A DNA stretch of 61,770 nucleotides, the filler included, from Jimgerdemannia flammicorona (taxonomy: Eukaryota): assembly GCA_003990765.1 (NCBI GenBank). It is 3 parts of 3 records of this genome, joined end to end, with 100 filler letters (N's around TTAATTAATTAA, not from the genome) between each part and the next. Parts side by side here need not be neighbours in the genome. Positions count along the whole stretch, not along the records: positions 1 to 20,528 come from RBNJ01001660.1; positions 20,629 to 41,152 come from RBNJ01001661.1; 1 more part is not named here. One strand, written 5' to 3'. This document shows positions 12,423 to 26,158 of this stretch, in pieces. The translations under genes and the position numbers were made by a program. Numbering within the stretch: the stretch's first letter is position 1; each line of letters starts with the position of its first letter. The notes under the pieces were generated by a model that had not been told where the DNA came from, searched no databases, and saw only the letters and a program-made list of their open reading frames with translations.

Positions 12423-13527
12423 TCAAGGATTCACCCCCGCAATGGACCAATCTCCCGCATCATCCCTCCTCTTATACACCGTCCTGCCCGTATGCGGCTT
12501 TTCGTGAAGCCTGACATGATCCACCTCCTCCACCTCCATCACAAGCACAACGAACCTCTTGAACCCCTCCTCCAAAACCTTGGCCTTGTCCTTGTCCGAC
12601 TCGTGATGCTTGAATATCCCCTTCTCCTTGTCGGGAAGATGCTTGAACAGCCCCTTCTCCTTCTCGGGTATCTCAAGGCTCGAAAGCCAGGGGTTCGTCG
12701 CTGCGTCGGCAGACTCGGACTGCAGCTCCCCAGGGGTCGGCCACGTGTATGTGGCGCGGATGTCGTCCGGAATCAGTTGCCACTGCCGCTGACGCTCGGC
12801 GTCCCATGAAAAGCGCGTGCCCGACTTGTGCGGGATGAGCTGCGAGATCGACGAGAGCGCCTTTGCGGATTTGCTGATGTCAATATGGTTGAAGTGCGTA
12901 AGTAGGTGCGATGGGACCGCGGTTGAGGGGAAGATTTGAGAGTCGTGGTGTGCGACGGGATGGAGGCGGCCCGTGATGCGGAATTGGTCGCCCGTGGCGG
13001 GGAACCACCTGGCGAGGGAAAATGTTATTGTTAGGAAGATTTGATTAGTTGGACAAGGGGTGTAAGTACATACGGTTGGATCTAACAACCATACCGTCCA
13101 AAAAAAAAATCACCCAATTCAACCAACAAACAATAAAATTGACAGTAAACTTACCAGGACAGTTCGCCCCACGAGTTCTGCTGGATCTGCTCAATCTTCG
13201 CGGACCGTAGATCGGTGGTGAACACGGGAAGATCCGACTCCCACTCGGTGAGCCCGTCGTGCTCCTCGCCGGCGAAACCGCGAAAAACGACGTTTCGGTT
13301 TGCGGGCCTGCCGTTGGAGCGCACGGTGGCGAGCGAGAGATAGGCTGGTCAACAGGAGGAAGACAGAAGGAATCGTGAGTGACAGTCGGACCACGTGGGA
13401 AGAATTGCTCAGGACCCCATGGAAAGAAGCGAAGGGACCAACCCGCTTGCTTGTTCTCTTTGATGTTTGCGGCAAAACTCCGCTTGATAACGGCTTTCCA
13501 GGGCGGGGAGGCACGGTTGTTTGACAT
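12423..13527 (-). CDS. Pyridoxamine 5'-phosphate oxidase-like FMN-binding protein (3 exons)
   Basis: Spliced: MSNNRASPPWK... / LSLATVRSNGRPANRNVVFRGF...FTTDLRSAKIEQI / WFPATGDQFRITG...FVVLVMEVEEVDHVRL...W...VNP. GT-AG introns. Confidence 0.9.
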
Positions 13528-14121
13528 GTTGGATCTTTAATATGGGAAAGGTATGCGAAGATACTTTTTGACCGTGGGGAATGGAATGTCGGGAATTTGA
13601 CGAAACCAAGTCACGAACTCGTGTAACTTGACGTTCGCATTGGGTCGGTCATCTGCCAACAAATATGGTCAAAATCAAAAAATAAATACTAATACAATAG
13701 GGGCTATTCATTAATGGTCGGCATGCATAATTGCGCCCTGACGGCGTCGGAGATGCCCGCAGTATTCTCATCGCGGCCTGAAGAGTCTTTACAATAAAAG
13801 AAATTTTATTTGAGTATATTTCAAGTGGCGACGATTCCTGTCCTAATTTGATGTGGCTAAGCCACCAATGGAACAAGAAATCATCACAGTCGCACATTCC
13901 CTTAAACTTCTACCAAGCACGATATCCATTATTCCTTACCCATTCTATTTTTCGCGGGGCACTACCCCCGCTAGATGTTGGTGAACATTATCAATAATTT
14001 CGGCGGCGGAGGTTGGGGAAGGTGATAAGCCCTAATCAGGTGACGAAGATAAAGTCGGTGGGGTAAAACCTGACAAGGAAAGGGTCAGGTGTGGGGAAAA
14101 AGAAGTCATGTAAGGTATATG

Positions 14122-14183
14122 TTCTTTCGATGCGGTTTCTTTCGACGCGGTTTCTTTCGATACGGTTTCTTTCGATGCGGTTT
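14122..14183. repeat. 15-bp minisatellite, 4 copies (TTTCTTTCGAYRCGG)
   Basis: Seen directly in the sequence. Confidence 0.85.
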
Positions 14184-16469
14184 ATGACTAATCTTCACTG
14201 AACCCATGGTACAAAAACATGAAACGGATAGGAAATCTTATCACGTGCAAATTTGTGTGGCGTCGCGCGACAAGTTCGTACTCCCGAGTTAGGACATTTT
14301 TGTAAGGAGATGTTTATCTATATAAAAAGCATACCATGTCCACCACATCGATCGAACACATCGTTGTAACAGAATTTTACAGTGATAATACGATTTCGAC
14401 ACGCGAACACAAGCGCATCTTGCGAAATCGTGAAAAGGCGAAGTCGCCGAAAACACGAACACAAGCGGGGTCGCCGCAATCACGAATATAGATCACACAT
14501 GTAATACGCAGCTAGTAACTTTTAGGAAATCCGAAAGTTCGAATGCAATCTGCAATCAGCATGCAATACGCTTGGTGCGGTTGCTCTAGTTATAAATAGC
14601 CCATAGACCAAGGAGATTGAGTCCGAGGTGAGGCCGGGCAAACCGAATACAGAAGAATAGAGAACACGTTTTCTCAACGCAGAATTACGCACGATCATGC
14701 CTCTTCGCTATAAGCAAGAGCTCCCTTACACAAGAGGTCTGTGTATCTCGAATAAAGTATAGCACATGATTCATGTCGATCCGCTACATTATGGAAGTTC
14801 GCTTATCTTAACCACTTTGTATATGTCTGGGGCAATACGGTGGTCTGAAGAGCTTGCATATTGCTTGGTAGGTGAATCAGTTTCGCCAGGTTTTAAAACT
14901 CTGGGCATAAATGTACGCCGTAGTCTTTTGCGATTTGTGCATTTCGCAACGCATATACTGTAGGTAAGTTTAGTTAAAGCATACGGAGTTGATTTGGATG
15001 AAATTTAATCGGCTCGATTTGATTCGATCCAACACGAAAAGAAGCGAATGGTCACGTGTAATAAGTCAATCGATACGGTGGTATCTGTTTTCAACCTTTT
15101 CATGTGTCCTTTGTCACAAATTGACTGACGTTATTCACTAAGAATATGATAGTAATACTGAAACAATTGCGCGGATTTTGTAACGAAGTCGGACTTGCAA
15201 TAAAAGTCTTTGCTGGCTGCGGATTGTGTAGGCCGGGCTTATGGCTCGGGCTTCCGAATAAGCAGATTACGTGAGGTCTCTGCGTTGAAGGGCTCGCCCA
15301 AATGTCTTATCTCAGGGTCCACAATCAATGTTATTTCCGGTTATTGCTGCATTGTGGGTATAGATACTCCTTATATGTGGTTGGCAATCGGGCGTATACT
15401 GCGGATTACCCCTTTGACTGGCGATCGGCCCTCGTCTTGCCCAATTGACCTACACGATGGTGTTGGTAACCTTATGATTCTGGCCCCTTGTCCTCACGTT
15501 CGGATTCTCAATCATTTTGGTCTTCAAGTTTCTGGTGTGCGGTTGGTATTATTACATCAAGGCTGGCAATATCGACCGCATTGAAATTTACGTGGACCAC
15601 CAACAGAAATTTGGGGATAAAAACCAAGTTGTTATGGGAAACCTTGTTATGGGAAACCTCTGCATGTGACGATAACCCTGTGATCTGCGGCGAGCCCACC
15701 GGTACGCCCTGAACACACCCTTACTATACTTGTTCTGAGTGACAAGGTTGGAGCCGATTCGAATTAAACTTTGCTTGATTCGACTTGAGTCAGAAGATCC
15801 TTACCTCCTGAATTTCACATTGCTTGGTAGCCGAGTTTCGGCTAATTGGCATCGTCCACCTCCGCGGAGAACATACCTGCTACCAAACTAGAGTGTCTTA
15901 AGCGCGCGCGGAGTGAGTAAACCGACTTAGATGAGATCTGATTCGTTCGGAGCTACTTCAATGGAGAAAGGTGGGGCAAACATTGCAACTTGAACAATTC
16001 CCGTGTCTCGGAACCTATGGTGACTTTAAAAATAGATCTGTCTCACTAGCCTAGAGTGTTCTTAAGCGCGTGTGGTCGATGAGGCCCCGTCGGAGTAAAT
16101 CAACCAGATTTGACCTAGTCGGAAAATAACTATGGGAATTTACAAACGTAGATCTGTGTCACTCGCCATATTTAGTAATGATCCGAGGTATATTTACCCA
16201 GCACAGCCAATGGGTTCTGCACGAGATATTTTATTGCATTTTACATATACCACGAAAACTCCGCGCAAATAGATAATATCCATTTCCATAATAATATAAA
16301 CGATGTGAAATTATTGGATTGGAAGAAGAACAATACTATAGAAAAGGGTACGGGTAACAAAATAAGAGATCGAGTCCTGGGGACAGCATATAATTCAAAT
16401 TAGGTGCATAACACGGCCATCAGACCATCATAATGTTTTTCCTGACCAATATTTCCAACAACCTGGTCA

Positions 16470-16826
16470 TCACGCGTGAGTAATACAGAACACACCGATA
16501 GTCGAAGGCAGTTTCACAATCATGAAAACACCTTCGGGCCTTGAAAATATATGGACGCCTAGGGGGGTCTCTCTGAGCCTGGATGCTATCATATCTTGAT
16601 CGAGTTGGGCCTGGAATTCAAGCATGCTGGCGCTGTCGATCTCACGCTCGTGTGTGGCGAATTCCGGAGAATGAACAAACTCTCTGACAGCTGCCAAATT
16701 CCGGTCTAGGTAGATGGTCGCGTCGACGACGCCTGTACCAAGCTGGCATTGAGGAGGCGCGTCGATGTTATGCTCTGCGTTTTGTACGATTTCAGCTAGG
16801 GACGAAAACTGCAGATTCGACGACAT
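16470..16826 (-). CDS. Orphan 118-aa protein, paralog of 20065-20463
   Basis: Intronless ATG ORF sharing TIYLDRN...EFV.SPEFA..EREI.SASMLEFQ.QLDQDMIA...PLG.HIF..PE.V..I.KLPSTIGVFCITHA with its paralog. Confidence 0.65.
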   Translation of the reverse strand: MSSNLQFSSLAEIVQNAEHNIDAPPQCQLGTGVVDATIYLDRNLAAVREFVHSPEFATHEREIDSASMLEFQAQLDQDMIASRLRETPLGVHIFSRPEGVFMIVKLPSTIGVFCITHA

Positions 16827-19800
16827 GGCAGGCTTGAAATTTTACTGAAATGTATCATTTAAATATTTTTATGAGTTATTGAAGACCGTTTGCAATAAAA
16901 TAAAATAATCAATGACAGAATTCTCAGTAAAATGACTCGCACGTTTTGGAGGTTGCGAGAAAGGAGCGAAGTGTCTTGCTAGTGAGTTTTGGATGACACT
17001 TATATATTTCTTTTTTTATTTGCGGGCTTAATAATGTTTTTTTTTTTTTCTTTTAACGATAATGAGACGCGCACGAAGCTGCCGTGTATTATTTCATGGC
17101 GAACAAAGTACAAAAAAGACATCGAACCCGAATCGGGAAAGTTTTTTTGTCAAATTTGTCATGCTAATCCGACAAGATCGACCATCCAGTAGACAACGAC
17201 TCTCACGCATGGTAATAGGACAAAGGCGACGTGTGCGCCCATAGTCAGTCGACTGTTCACATGTCGCATGAAGTTAAACAGAGTGGTGGGAATTGGAGTA
17301 TGAAAAGAACCGGCCAATGATCGGATTGAAATATCTGCGGGCCAAGAAGGTTTTGACAATTATGCGACGTAGTACCTTCAGCGATTATTATTCCGGATTT
17401 TGACCTGAAACGGAAGTTGAGGCCTCGGGATCTCATCAGAGCTCTCCCCAGTGACGCCATACCACATATTAAGGAGGTCAAATGACATTTCGTGCGTGTG
17501 AGGCCTCGCGTGGATTGGAGAGTTCATGTGCACCGACTAGGCAATGGTTTTCGATAGCTGCACAAGCCATCACGCTTAATGTTTGGTCCGAGCTAGGGTA
17601 AAGAGCGATACTCTCCCCTGGTGCCCTGGTGCTTCGATGAAGTAACTATTGCTATTCTCCCGAGTACGCCCAATTCAACCCACTATACAGGATGGAGCTT
17701 GTGAATAATATTCTTGACATAATATTGAAGGCAGTTTCCGTGTCCCAAGTAAGCTCGACAGAACACGAAAGAGGTGGGAAAGGGCCATATACGGCTGGCG
17801 AAGAAAACCAAACCCTACTTCCGAGATCCAAAAGCAATCTTTCCTCGTATTCCTTACATTGGTCAAGCTTTGTACACCATCCCAATTGTAGCAAAGTGCC
17901 TCTCCATGACTTGACCCCGGAAGCCGTAACATTTGCGAATTGCCAACAAGACTAAGCGTAATAAGAGTCGGATAAGGTTTTTGCACCAATTAATGGTTAA
18001 AGAGAAAGCACGAACCATGTGAAAAGAAGATCCATTTTTGTATATAATGAACTCGATCAAACCCTAGTTTCAAAACGTGGATTGAACCTTAGCGTTCCGC
18101 AAACCGGGCGGACCGAAGTGTTTCAACCTAACTCGGCCAAACTCGTGTTTTTTTCTTTTGTTGAATTCCTCTCGGAGGATTGGTTCGGATATAACGAAAC
18201 AAAAAAAAAAAAACCCCCCGAGTAAAACTGAGCCGAATATATTCGGCGAATCAGCAACCATTTGAATCAGCTAGCCGAGAGGGTAAAAGTTTATTTGGGG
18301 AATAGGAATGGGTTCCTTCCTGTGAAGGATTTAGGTTTAATATTACATCAAGGTTTAGTTTGCGAGTTAATCAGAGTTTAATAGATCGAGTGGTGCGACC
18401 TTTTAAGTCAGTGGGTGTGCGGCCCGCACAACCGTAAACATATACCTCCGCGGAAGAACAGGGATCTCCTTCATTTTGTGTTTAATACTTCAATTTTGGT
18501 GGAACCGCGACAGATTTAGGTTCGTCTCATTATTTGTGCTCATGACAACCTCAACACTTGGAACTTCTATTTCGTTATCCCCACACTCTATCATCCACTG
18601 GTTAATTTTATATGCACTCCCCCTAGCTAATTTTATATGCATTAACCCGCTCTCTCCGCGGTTTAAATTTTATTTTTATACATCTCCAAAAATAACAACT
18701 ATCAAACGAACCTCACAATTCTTTTTTTTTGCTGGACCGTGACCCCCCTCTGTTTCGTACCACTCACTTATTCCAAGGGCTCTTCCAAAACAATATTATT
18801 GGCTGCAAACCGATCCGTGACCGACAACCCTGCAGTGCGTGACATCGCATTAGTCCCTGCAAGTCGCGTAACTTCTGGCCGCAGAAACAAAGAGGCATAT
18901 AAGATATGGTGGTAGGAGCGGAAAGCGACCAGCTTTTGTGGTCAAGGCAAAACGTATTAACATACGGTAGTAGAAACGGAGAGATGCTGCTAAGTATAGT
19001 AGAGGAGAGCCAGCCTTGCCAGCCTTGTAGTGGCGACGTGCCATTGTCATTGTGACTGCAGTGATATTTAAAAGCACGTGGACCAAGCTTTTTTTTTTTT
19101 TTTTTTTTTTTAAATATGTTATAGGTATATCATATATTGTGAAATAGACCGTATTAGAAACGGAGACTAAGCCGGGCGGGCTGACCGAGATTTCTTTCTT
19201 TGTGCCGTAGCGCAAGTTTATTATGCAAGGATATCCTCGTGGGGTCTATTCGGCAAATAAAAAAAATTGAAAATTAGAACTCCGCGTGAACCCAAGAATG
19301 GGGACCAAGCTTGCTTCTAATTATATGACACCATATGAATTCAATAAAACAAATAAATAAATAAATAAAATCCATTGGAAATAACACAAACAGATAACGC
19401 ACGATATTAATGATAGAGTAAGAAACAAGACGGACGCCAAGTCCTTCGGGGAGCTGGGAGTTATTCACATGCACGACAGTACCGACAAACAATTGGTCCC
19501 GCGCGTTGTCACGGCGCATACAACGTTGCACTAGGTCATCCAGGCTGGAGATTTTCACAGAACCTTGATTGTGGCTCTATTGACTATGAACGATAGTGGG
19601 TGTGCTGTCAATTGTTATGAACAAAATCTATGGCCTCGACCTCAAATAATAGATGGACGTTGCAATGGTTCAGCCGCCTAATATTCTCCCGTGACCCATT
19701 TTCGTAGATATATAGTTCTAGCCGCCGCCGCCGTCCTCTGCAGCATGCTTACCATAAAATAAACTCGTAAGCCGCCCTTCCACTAGCGCCTCATTTTGTT

Positions 19801-20064
19801 TGCACATCTATGCCCGAACATAGCTATATGCTTGAATATTTCGGTGGCAACTATATCCACCGGAAACCTTAATGACACCGTTAGATTTTATCAGATTTAT
19901 TACATATACCGACGGAAACTCGGTGCAAGTAGACAGCATTCATTTTCATAATATAAATGACGTAACATTATTGGATTAGAAGAAGGGATTGAATCGAGGG
20001 ATGACATAATTTAAATTAGGTGCATAATACGGGGTTTCCAGATTCAGACTTCCAACAAGCACGG

Positions 20065-20463
20065 TCATCGCGCGTGAGTAATACAGAAGACACCAATAGT
20101 CGAGGGGAGTTTTAAAATCACCAAAACATATTCGGGTGTTGGAAATATATGGAGGCCTAGGGGAACCGCTCTGATTCTGCATGCGATCATGTCTTGATCG
20201 AGCTGGGTCTGGAATTCAAGCATGCTGGCGCTCTCGATCTCACGCTCGTATATGGCGAATTCCGGGGAATTAACAAATTCGCTGAGAGCTGCAAAATTCC
20301 TATCCAAGTAGATGGTCGGGACCGAATTCGGCTGGGGCTGAAATTGCTGCGCGTCGGCGATGACGACGGCTGGACCAAACTGGCATTGACGAAGCACGTC
20401 GATATCATGTGCTGTGTTTTGTGCGGTTTCGGCTACGGGCGAGAACGGAGGATCTAACGACAT
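20065..20463 (-). CDS. Orphan 132-aa protein, paralog of 16470-16826
   Basis: Same conserved blocks as the paralog, an in-frame insertion, and many synonymous differences. Confidence 0.7.
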   Translation of the reverse strand: MSLDPPFSPVAETAQNTAHDIDVLRQCQFGPAVVIADAQQFQPQPNSVPTIYLDRNFAALSEFVNSPEFAIYEREIESASMLEFQTQLDQDMIACRIRAVPLGLHIFPTPEYVLVILKLPSTIGVFCITHAR

Positions 20464-20528
20464 CGCGACGCTTGAAGTTTTACTGAAATGGATTATTATT
20501 ATTATTATTATTATTATTATTTGGGGGG

Positions 20529-20628
20529 NNNNNNNNNNNNNNNNNNNNNNNNNNNNNNNNNNNNNNNNNNNNTTAATTAATTAANNNNNNNNNNNNNNNN
20601 NNNNNNNNNNNNNNNNNNNNNNNNNNNN
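20529..20628. other. Artificial contig linker
   Basis: N44-TTAATTAATTAA-N44, which gives stops in all six frames. Confidence 0.97.
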
Positions 20629-20784
20629 TGGGCGGGTGGGTGGGTGGGCGGGTTGGTCGAACGGGATGGGAAGGAACAAGGAGATTTAAACGCTCGTCAA
20701 CATAAATGTTGAGGGAGGCTGGTCGTCTTTCACGTCGGCTACCAATGTGGAATGATATTGTTCGCAAGAGGTCGCGTGGTTTAC

Positions 20785-20989
20785 CTATTGACAGCATAGG
20801 CTAAACATTAAGGAAAGGTTGAATGGATCAGAAGGCGCACAATTAAAAAATAAAAAAAAATAAAAAAGGAGGCCTTGGGCTCAAAAGTGGATGCGGGTGT
20901 GGCTTTTTGAACGTACCAAAGAATTCGACGACAATCTGAGTTGAACCTTTGAGTGAAATGCTATGACGGTTTGGTTGGATTGTTGCCAT
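20785..20989 (-). CDS. MAD2: Spindle checkpoint HORMA protein Mad2, 5' exons only (contig edge)
   Basis: MATIQPNRHSISLKGSTQIVVEFF / xYAVNS matches the Mad2 N-terminus (ITLKGS..IV.EFF.Y.INSIL). Confidence 0.85.
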
Positions 20990-21325
20990 TTGTGTTCTGG
21001 GAGAAGTTGCAGTAGTTGGAGTGGCGTCGAGGACCCAATGGATGACGACACGCGCGACTTCCAGTCCTCTGTCCTTTTGCTTTCGACACATAATAAATCG
21101 TCTCCTCTGATGTCTGCCATGTACAGCCTCAAGCCCTCAAGGAAAGGGAATGAATGAATCCTGCTTCCTTGCACCATGGATTGCCGCCTTCGCCTCAACT
21201 TGTCTTCGTTTTTCTCCCGTCCTCGCATACTTGCCGCTTTGGTTGCTGCTCGACCGTTGCTATAGCATGCGTGACCGCCTTACGTAGAACGCCACCGTCC
21301 CTCCATCCCAACATCCCAAACAACA

Positions 21326-22742
21326 ATGTCCGTGCTCCGCTTGTCCCTGCAGAACCCCTTGCTGACGTACGAACAGCTCGCCTCAACACCTTCACGTCAA
21401 GACGCCATCCCGGACGACCTGGAGGAGGACCTGCGGAATTTGGGTTGCGAGCTCATTCAGAGTGCCGGCATTCTGCTCAAAATGTACAATCTCTTTGTCC
21501 AAGGCATTTCCCATCCAATATACAGCCTTTGCTTAAAACCGAAAAAACCACCTCAATTATACAGGCCACAGGTCGCAATGGCTACAGCTCAGGTCCTGTT
21601 CCAACGCTTCTTCTACCTGGCCAGCCTCAAGAAATTCGGCATCGTGGTACGTCCGCATTCTGTTCTATTCTGTATCAAATTATTTTATCACACGGTGGCA
21701 AATGACCTCCCTCCCCGCCTCCCAAAACCTTTGCAGGATATCGGCATGGGCGCACTTTTCCTCTCCTCCAAGATCTGCGAGTGTCCTGTGCGCCTGAGCT
21801 ACCTGACGACCGTGTACGACTACCTCATCAAGCGGACCAAGGGACAGGAGAACCCCGACCCGATGGATGGGTTTTCGCAGGTTCGTACATGGGCGCATTG
21901 GGTATGATTGAGTTTGGGGCAAGCCCCCACCGTTAACATGATATACTGTTCGGGCCCCTCCCTTCTATTCCCTAACACTTCATTCTCGTTTCGCAGACGG
22001 CCTACGACATGAAGAATGCGCTGGTAGTGGCCGAGATGCAGATTCTCAAACGGCTCGGGTTCAACGTACACGTGCAGCTGCCGTACGGACTGATGGTCAA
22101 CTACCTACGCGTGCTGAACCTGACCGAGCACGAGCGTATCCCCAATAGGGCTTGGAGCTATCTGAACGATAGGTGCATGAGATTTTTTTTCTTTTTTCCG
22201 ATGTGGGGGGATGGAGTGGGCATGAGAATTGTAATGTTTTTGCTGTTGCAAAGCCTGGTCCGGCACCCTTGAATCCTATCGCTCATCTAATCCCTTAAAG
22301 CACACAAACCCTCAGCCTTCGCACACCGATTCACGTAGCCTACCCCCCACCCACAGTCGCCTGCGCGGCGATCTGGCTCGCAGCACGGGACGAGAAAGTT
22401 CGCCTTCCCGAGTCGCCTTCGCCGTGGTGGGAGCTATTCGACGCGGAGCTGGAGGAGGTGCGAACGGCAGCGGCGCACGTGGTGCGGTTGTACCGGCGGC
22501 GGCTCGACAGGCCGATCCTGCCGCTGACTAGCGCTGAGGTCGAGAGGTGGGCAAGTAAGGAAAAGGAGAGGACGAGGGAGGAGGCTGAGGCGAAGGTCGA
22601 AGCGGGGGAGATGATGGAGACGATGAAGGTTGAGATGGGAGAGGAAGGGGAGGTGAAAGAGGAAGAGGAAAAGGAAGCGCGAGAGCGAGCGGAGGCGACG
22701 TTGAAGGCTGTGGCGGGGACAGGAATGTGGAGTGGGGTGTAG
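21326..22742 (+). CDS. Cyclin L-like protein (5 exons)
   Basis: LQNPL...TPSRQDAIP.DLE.DLR.LGCELIQSAGILL / PQVAMATAQVLFQRFFY / IGMGALFLSSKI.E.P / EMQILKRLGFNVHVQLPY...AWSYLND / PPTVACAAIWLAAR...PWWELFD. Confidence 0.92.
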
Positions 22743-23271
22743 AGTAGGGGTCGGTAGTTGCGGCGGTCGGTCAAATGTAAATAGAAGTTCATATCGCTTT
22801 GTTTTTGTTTGAGACGGATGGAAGGGGGTAGAAAGGCTGGTATTCGTAGCTCGAGATCAAAACGGCGATAGGCTACCGATCCTTACTCGATGCTTTGCAT
22901 CGACAAGTGCTTCCCAACAGCCGAACCAGAGTGGAATGTCGACTCTTCACCACCCTTCATTATTTGGTAGCTTATCTTCCGATCTCGTGGTACACCACGC
23001 GAACATCCAACCAATAATAGCGGCGTCCAACCCACACACGAGACCTGCCTCGAGAAGAGGAAAAATGCGCAACCATCACGAGTCGTGAGTTATATTATAT
23101 ACAATAGATGAAATATGGCACAATGTAATAAAAAATGTCTGTCCGTGTAGTTTCGATCTAATATGAAGATGGGATGAGGTGCATATGCTATGGAAATAGT
23201 GTCCATTAAAAAAGGTTCATCCAAATGTCGTCCCACCGTTGACCTATCCCCTTGCCGTCGTCATTATCGCC

Positions 23272-25031
23272 TCAGACATATTGTGCAGGCCCCAAATCAT
23301 CAGACCTGTATCCCTTGCGGTCCTCTGGTCCCTCGCTGATGAGGTGCTGGCGTTCCACCTCGACAGAGTTGGCATAAAAGTTGGTGCGATCGCGGTAGAG
23401 GATGTAGTGCTGCGTCATGAAGAGGAGGTCAAAGGCCATGCTCAGGAAGCCCAAGCCGCTGTTGATAGTAGGTATGTGTGTGTTTTTCGGGGGGGTTAGG
23501 TTCGTGATGGGTTCATGTGAACAATTAAAGATGAGTAGTTTGGGAAAGCACTTACAATTTCACGGGGTCCTGGAAAGATGGTCGGAATTACGGGTACCCA
23601 AAAAAAAGGCCGAAAAAAAAAAAATTGTCAGTCGACATACCAATGATACTCCCATATCCTCCTCACACCCAAACACGAAGACTCACCCCTGTCACACCGC
23701 TCCAATCACCGGACAGATTAGCATCCAGAAACAGCTGACCGAGGGAGAGCACACCGCCAGTGAAATCCTACGAAACAGGAATGATGGAGTGTGAGGCAAA
23801 GATCATGAAAATATCGTTTTTTATCAGAACGCGCGGAAAAAAAAGACAGACGAGATGAACGAACCAGTAGAATGTTGTGGATGCTCCAGCCAACTGTGGA
23901 TTGGCGCCGATAGTTGAGGTGGGCCTACGTGGGTTTAAAATGTGTGTCAGTTTTCAAAACGAGATCCCAAAGTACCCGTTGCCCCCCCCCCCCCCCCCCC
24001 CCCCCCCCCATGTTCCCTCAAACACAACCATCACCATCTTCTCTCTCTCTCTCTCTCTCTCATATGCATCTCGCATTATCACTCCTCTCTTTTCCTACTC
24101 AAGTAACCCACCTGCGGCACATATTTGACGAATGAGATCGCTAGCTTGACGAAGCTGAGGTAGTACATGAGATCGATCCATTCGGCAAACTTAAATTGGA
24201 CGGCCGCCAGGACGATCGCAATGCCCAACGCCGACGTCAGGATCAGGGTACCGGCGGCGGGCGAGATCTTCTGATTGTAGTCACGCTGGATCAAGGAAAG
24301 GGAGGAGTTTGTGAACTTGCTCCAGATGGTCGCTCACCATTCGTTCCACACAATCGCATCGTAACACGTCACTCATCACAATAGACCACCTACTCACCCT
24401 ATACACTATAGTCTGCCACAGCGCGACGCTCGAGAGCACTAACGCGTGCACAGCAAATAGCACGTCGTTAGCGCGGACGATATTCTCTGCGCCACCATTG
24501 CGCTCGCGGTACTGCCGTTGGATCTCGTCGTTGAAGAAGAAAGCCATGTTAAAGATCTGCGTATGAGGTGAGACATCATGAATTAGTTGGCTAGCCTGAT
24601 TTGGATCGAGACGCAGGGAACGTACCGAGTAGCAGAGGAAGCCGTAGACATTGTAGTAGACGAAGTCCAACGAGAGACCTTGGACACTGCGTGAGGGTGA
24701 GTGGCGGCCAGGGAGATGAGCGGTGGTTTGTGCCGAGATGGGAAAGGAATGTGGAAAGGGATCGCTACCTACCTTTTCCTCTGGTGATTGAGGATGATCT
24801 GTGGGTAGAAGGAGACAGACCAGGCGATGAAGTACGTCTGTATCGTGAAGGAAACAACGAGTGGTCAGTTTGAGATTCTGTCTTGCGAGTCGGAGATCCG
24901 TTCAACATGGCCGGGATTTCCTTGATGGGGCGTAATGAAGATGACCATATGTTCACCCATCCTATTAGCTCCGAGACGATTTCCCCAAATCCAGCTGCGT
25001 GAATATTGACAGGCAACGGTATTGCCGGCAT
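23272..25031 (-). CDS. Cystinosin/Ers1-like PQ-loop lysosomal/vacuolar transporter (multi-exon)
   Basis: IGW / YFIAWSVSFYPQIILN / SVQGLSLDFVYYNVYGFLCY / VRANDVLFAVHA / KLAISFVKYVPQ / STVGWSIHNILL / DFTGGVLSLGQLFLDA / PVK / GLGFLSMAFDLLFMTQHYILY. Confidence 0.93.
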
Positions 25032-25987
25032 TTTTTTATTTTATTTTTTATTTCTTTAGTCTATGCGGTGTTGGAGAGAGTCTCTCGTAGGTGTTTGAGA
25101 TGGCAGGGTGGTGTGTAGGAATTTCTCTCGTCGATGGTATATATGCAAAGCGATGGAGTAGAGGAAGGTAGAGAAAGGTAGAGGAAGGTATACAAAGGTA
25201 GAGGAAGGTAGGGAAAGGAGCATAGATATCAGGATAAAGGCCAGGATTAGTAAGTTTTCGGCCCCTACGCCTTCTCCACATGGGGTGACTGACCAAAAAA
25301 TTGAACAAATGAGAACCCTCCAAAATGACGACATTTGAGATGTCGCAGCAGTGAAGTCGGCAGTGGCTTGTTTGTCCCTCTGACCTTTCGAACCGCTTTC
25401 GAACCGCTTTCGAACCGACACATGAGGATCATCGCGAAACCTCATGGGGACCCATTGTAGCGAGCAAATCCATTGTCGCCCACCGCGCGTTGAGGCACTG
25501 TTTCCTGACAAACATCAAGTGTTTACAACAACATATGACCATGAAATGTGGAACCACCTCAAACTTTGGTCCAAGAACCACCATTTTTGTACGGTATGTT
25601 TCATACTTCCGAACGCGTTATAGTAAGACGTGTGGGGAATATGCACACTATTCGTATTATAATTACTATTCATATTTATTATATTTATACTTTATCCGCA
25701 TTTGACAGATCGGTGGCTCAGATGTAAACAAACCCCGAAGTAATATCATTCGTATACTGAATTGAATATACATACGCTTGATCTGTTCCGAGGACCAACA
25801 GATCGCGCAGACGACCTCCGACCCCTTGCGACCCTACTGCCTCGGGCCAAACCCCGACCCGACATTCTGTCGTCAAAAAGTGCGCTAACATTCACCCCCA
25901 CCTCCATCTCTGAGTGAACCTGATCAATCAACGGACGGACAAACCCCTACTCTGTCACCCCGGATGCGGGTTTTCACGAAAACGGCC

Positions 25988-26158
25988 CGGCCAGATCCGA
26001 TTTTAGAGATGTTCCGTAACGAACGGGCCATCTCAAGGGCCGTGTATTAAATCAAACACGGCTAGGCCAGATCCCATTTTAGAGAGGCTCAATGCGTCTC
26101 AAGGGCCGTGTATTAAACCAAACTTCGAGGAAGAGGGCCGTGTATTAAATCAAACTTC
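25988..26158. repeat. Interleaved short direct repeats
   Basis: GGGCCGTGTATTAAAYCAAAC three times and GGCCAGATCCSATTTTAGAGA twice. Confidence 0.75.

Noticed and set aside
17400..18000. Coding-like minus-strand fragments between the orphan paralogs
   Set aside because: The frames are broken and there is no recognisable domain.
25988..26158. Thrice-repeated 21-mer resembling a CRISPR array
   Set aside because: The context is eukaryotic, spacing is irregular, the intervening sequences are themselves repeated, and there are no cas genes.
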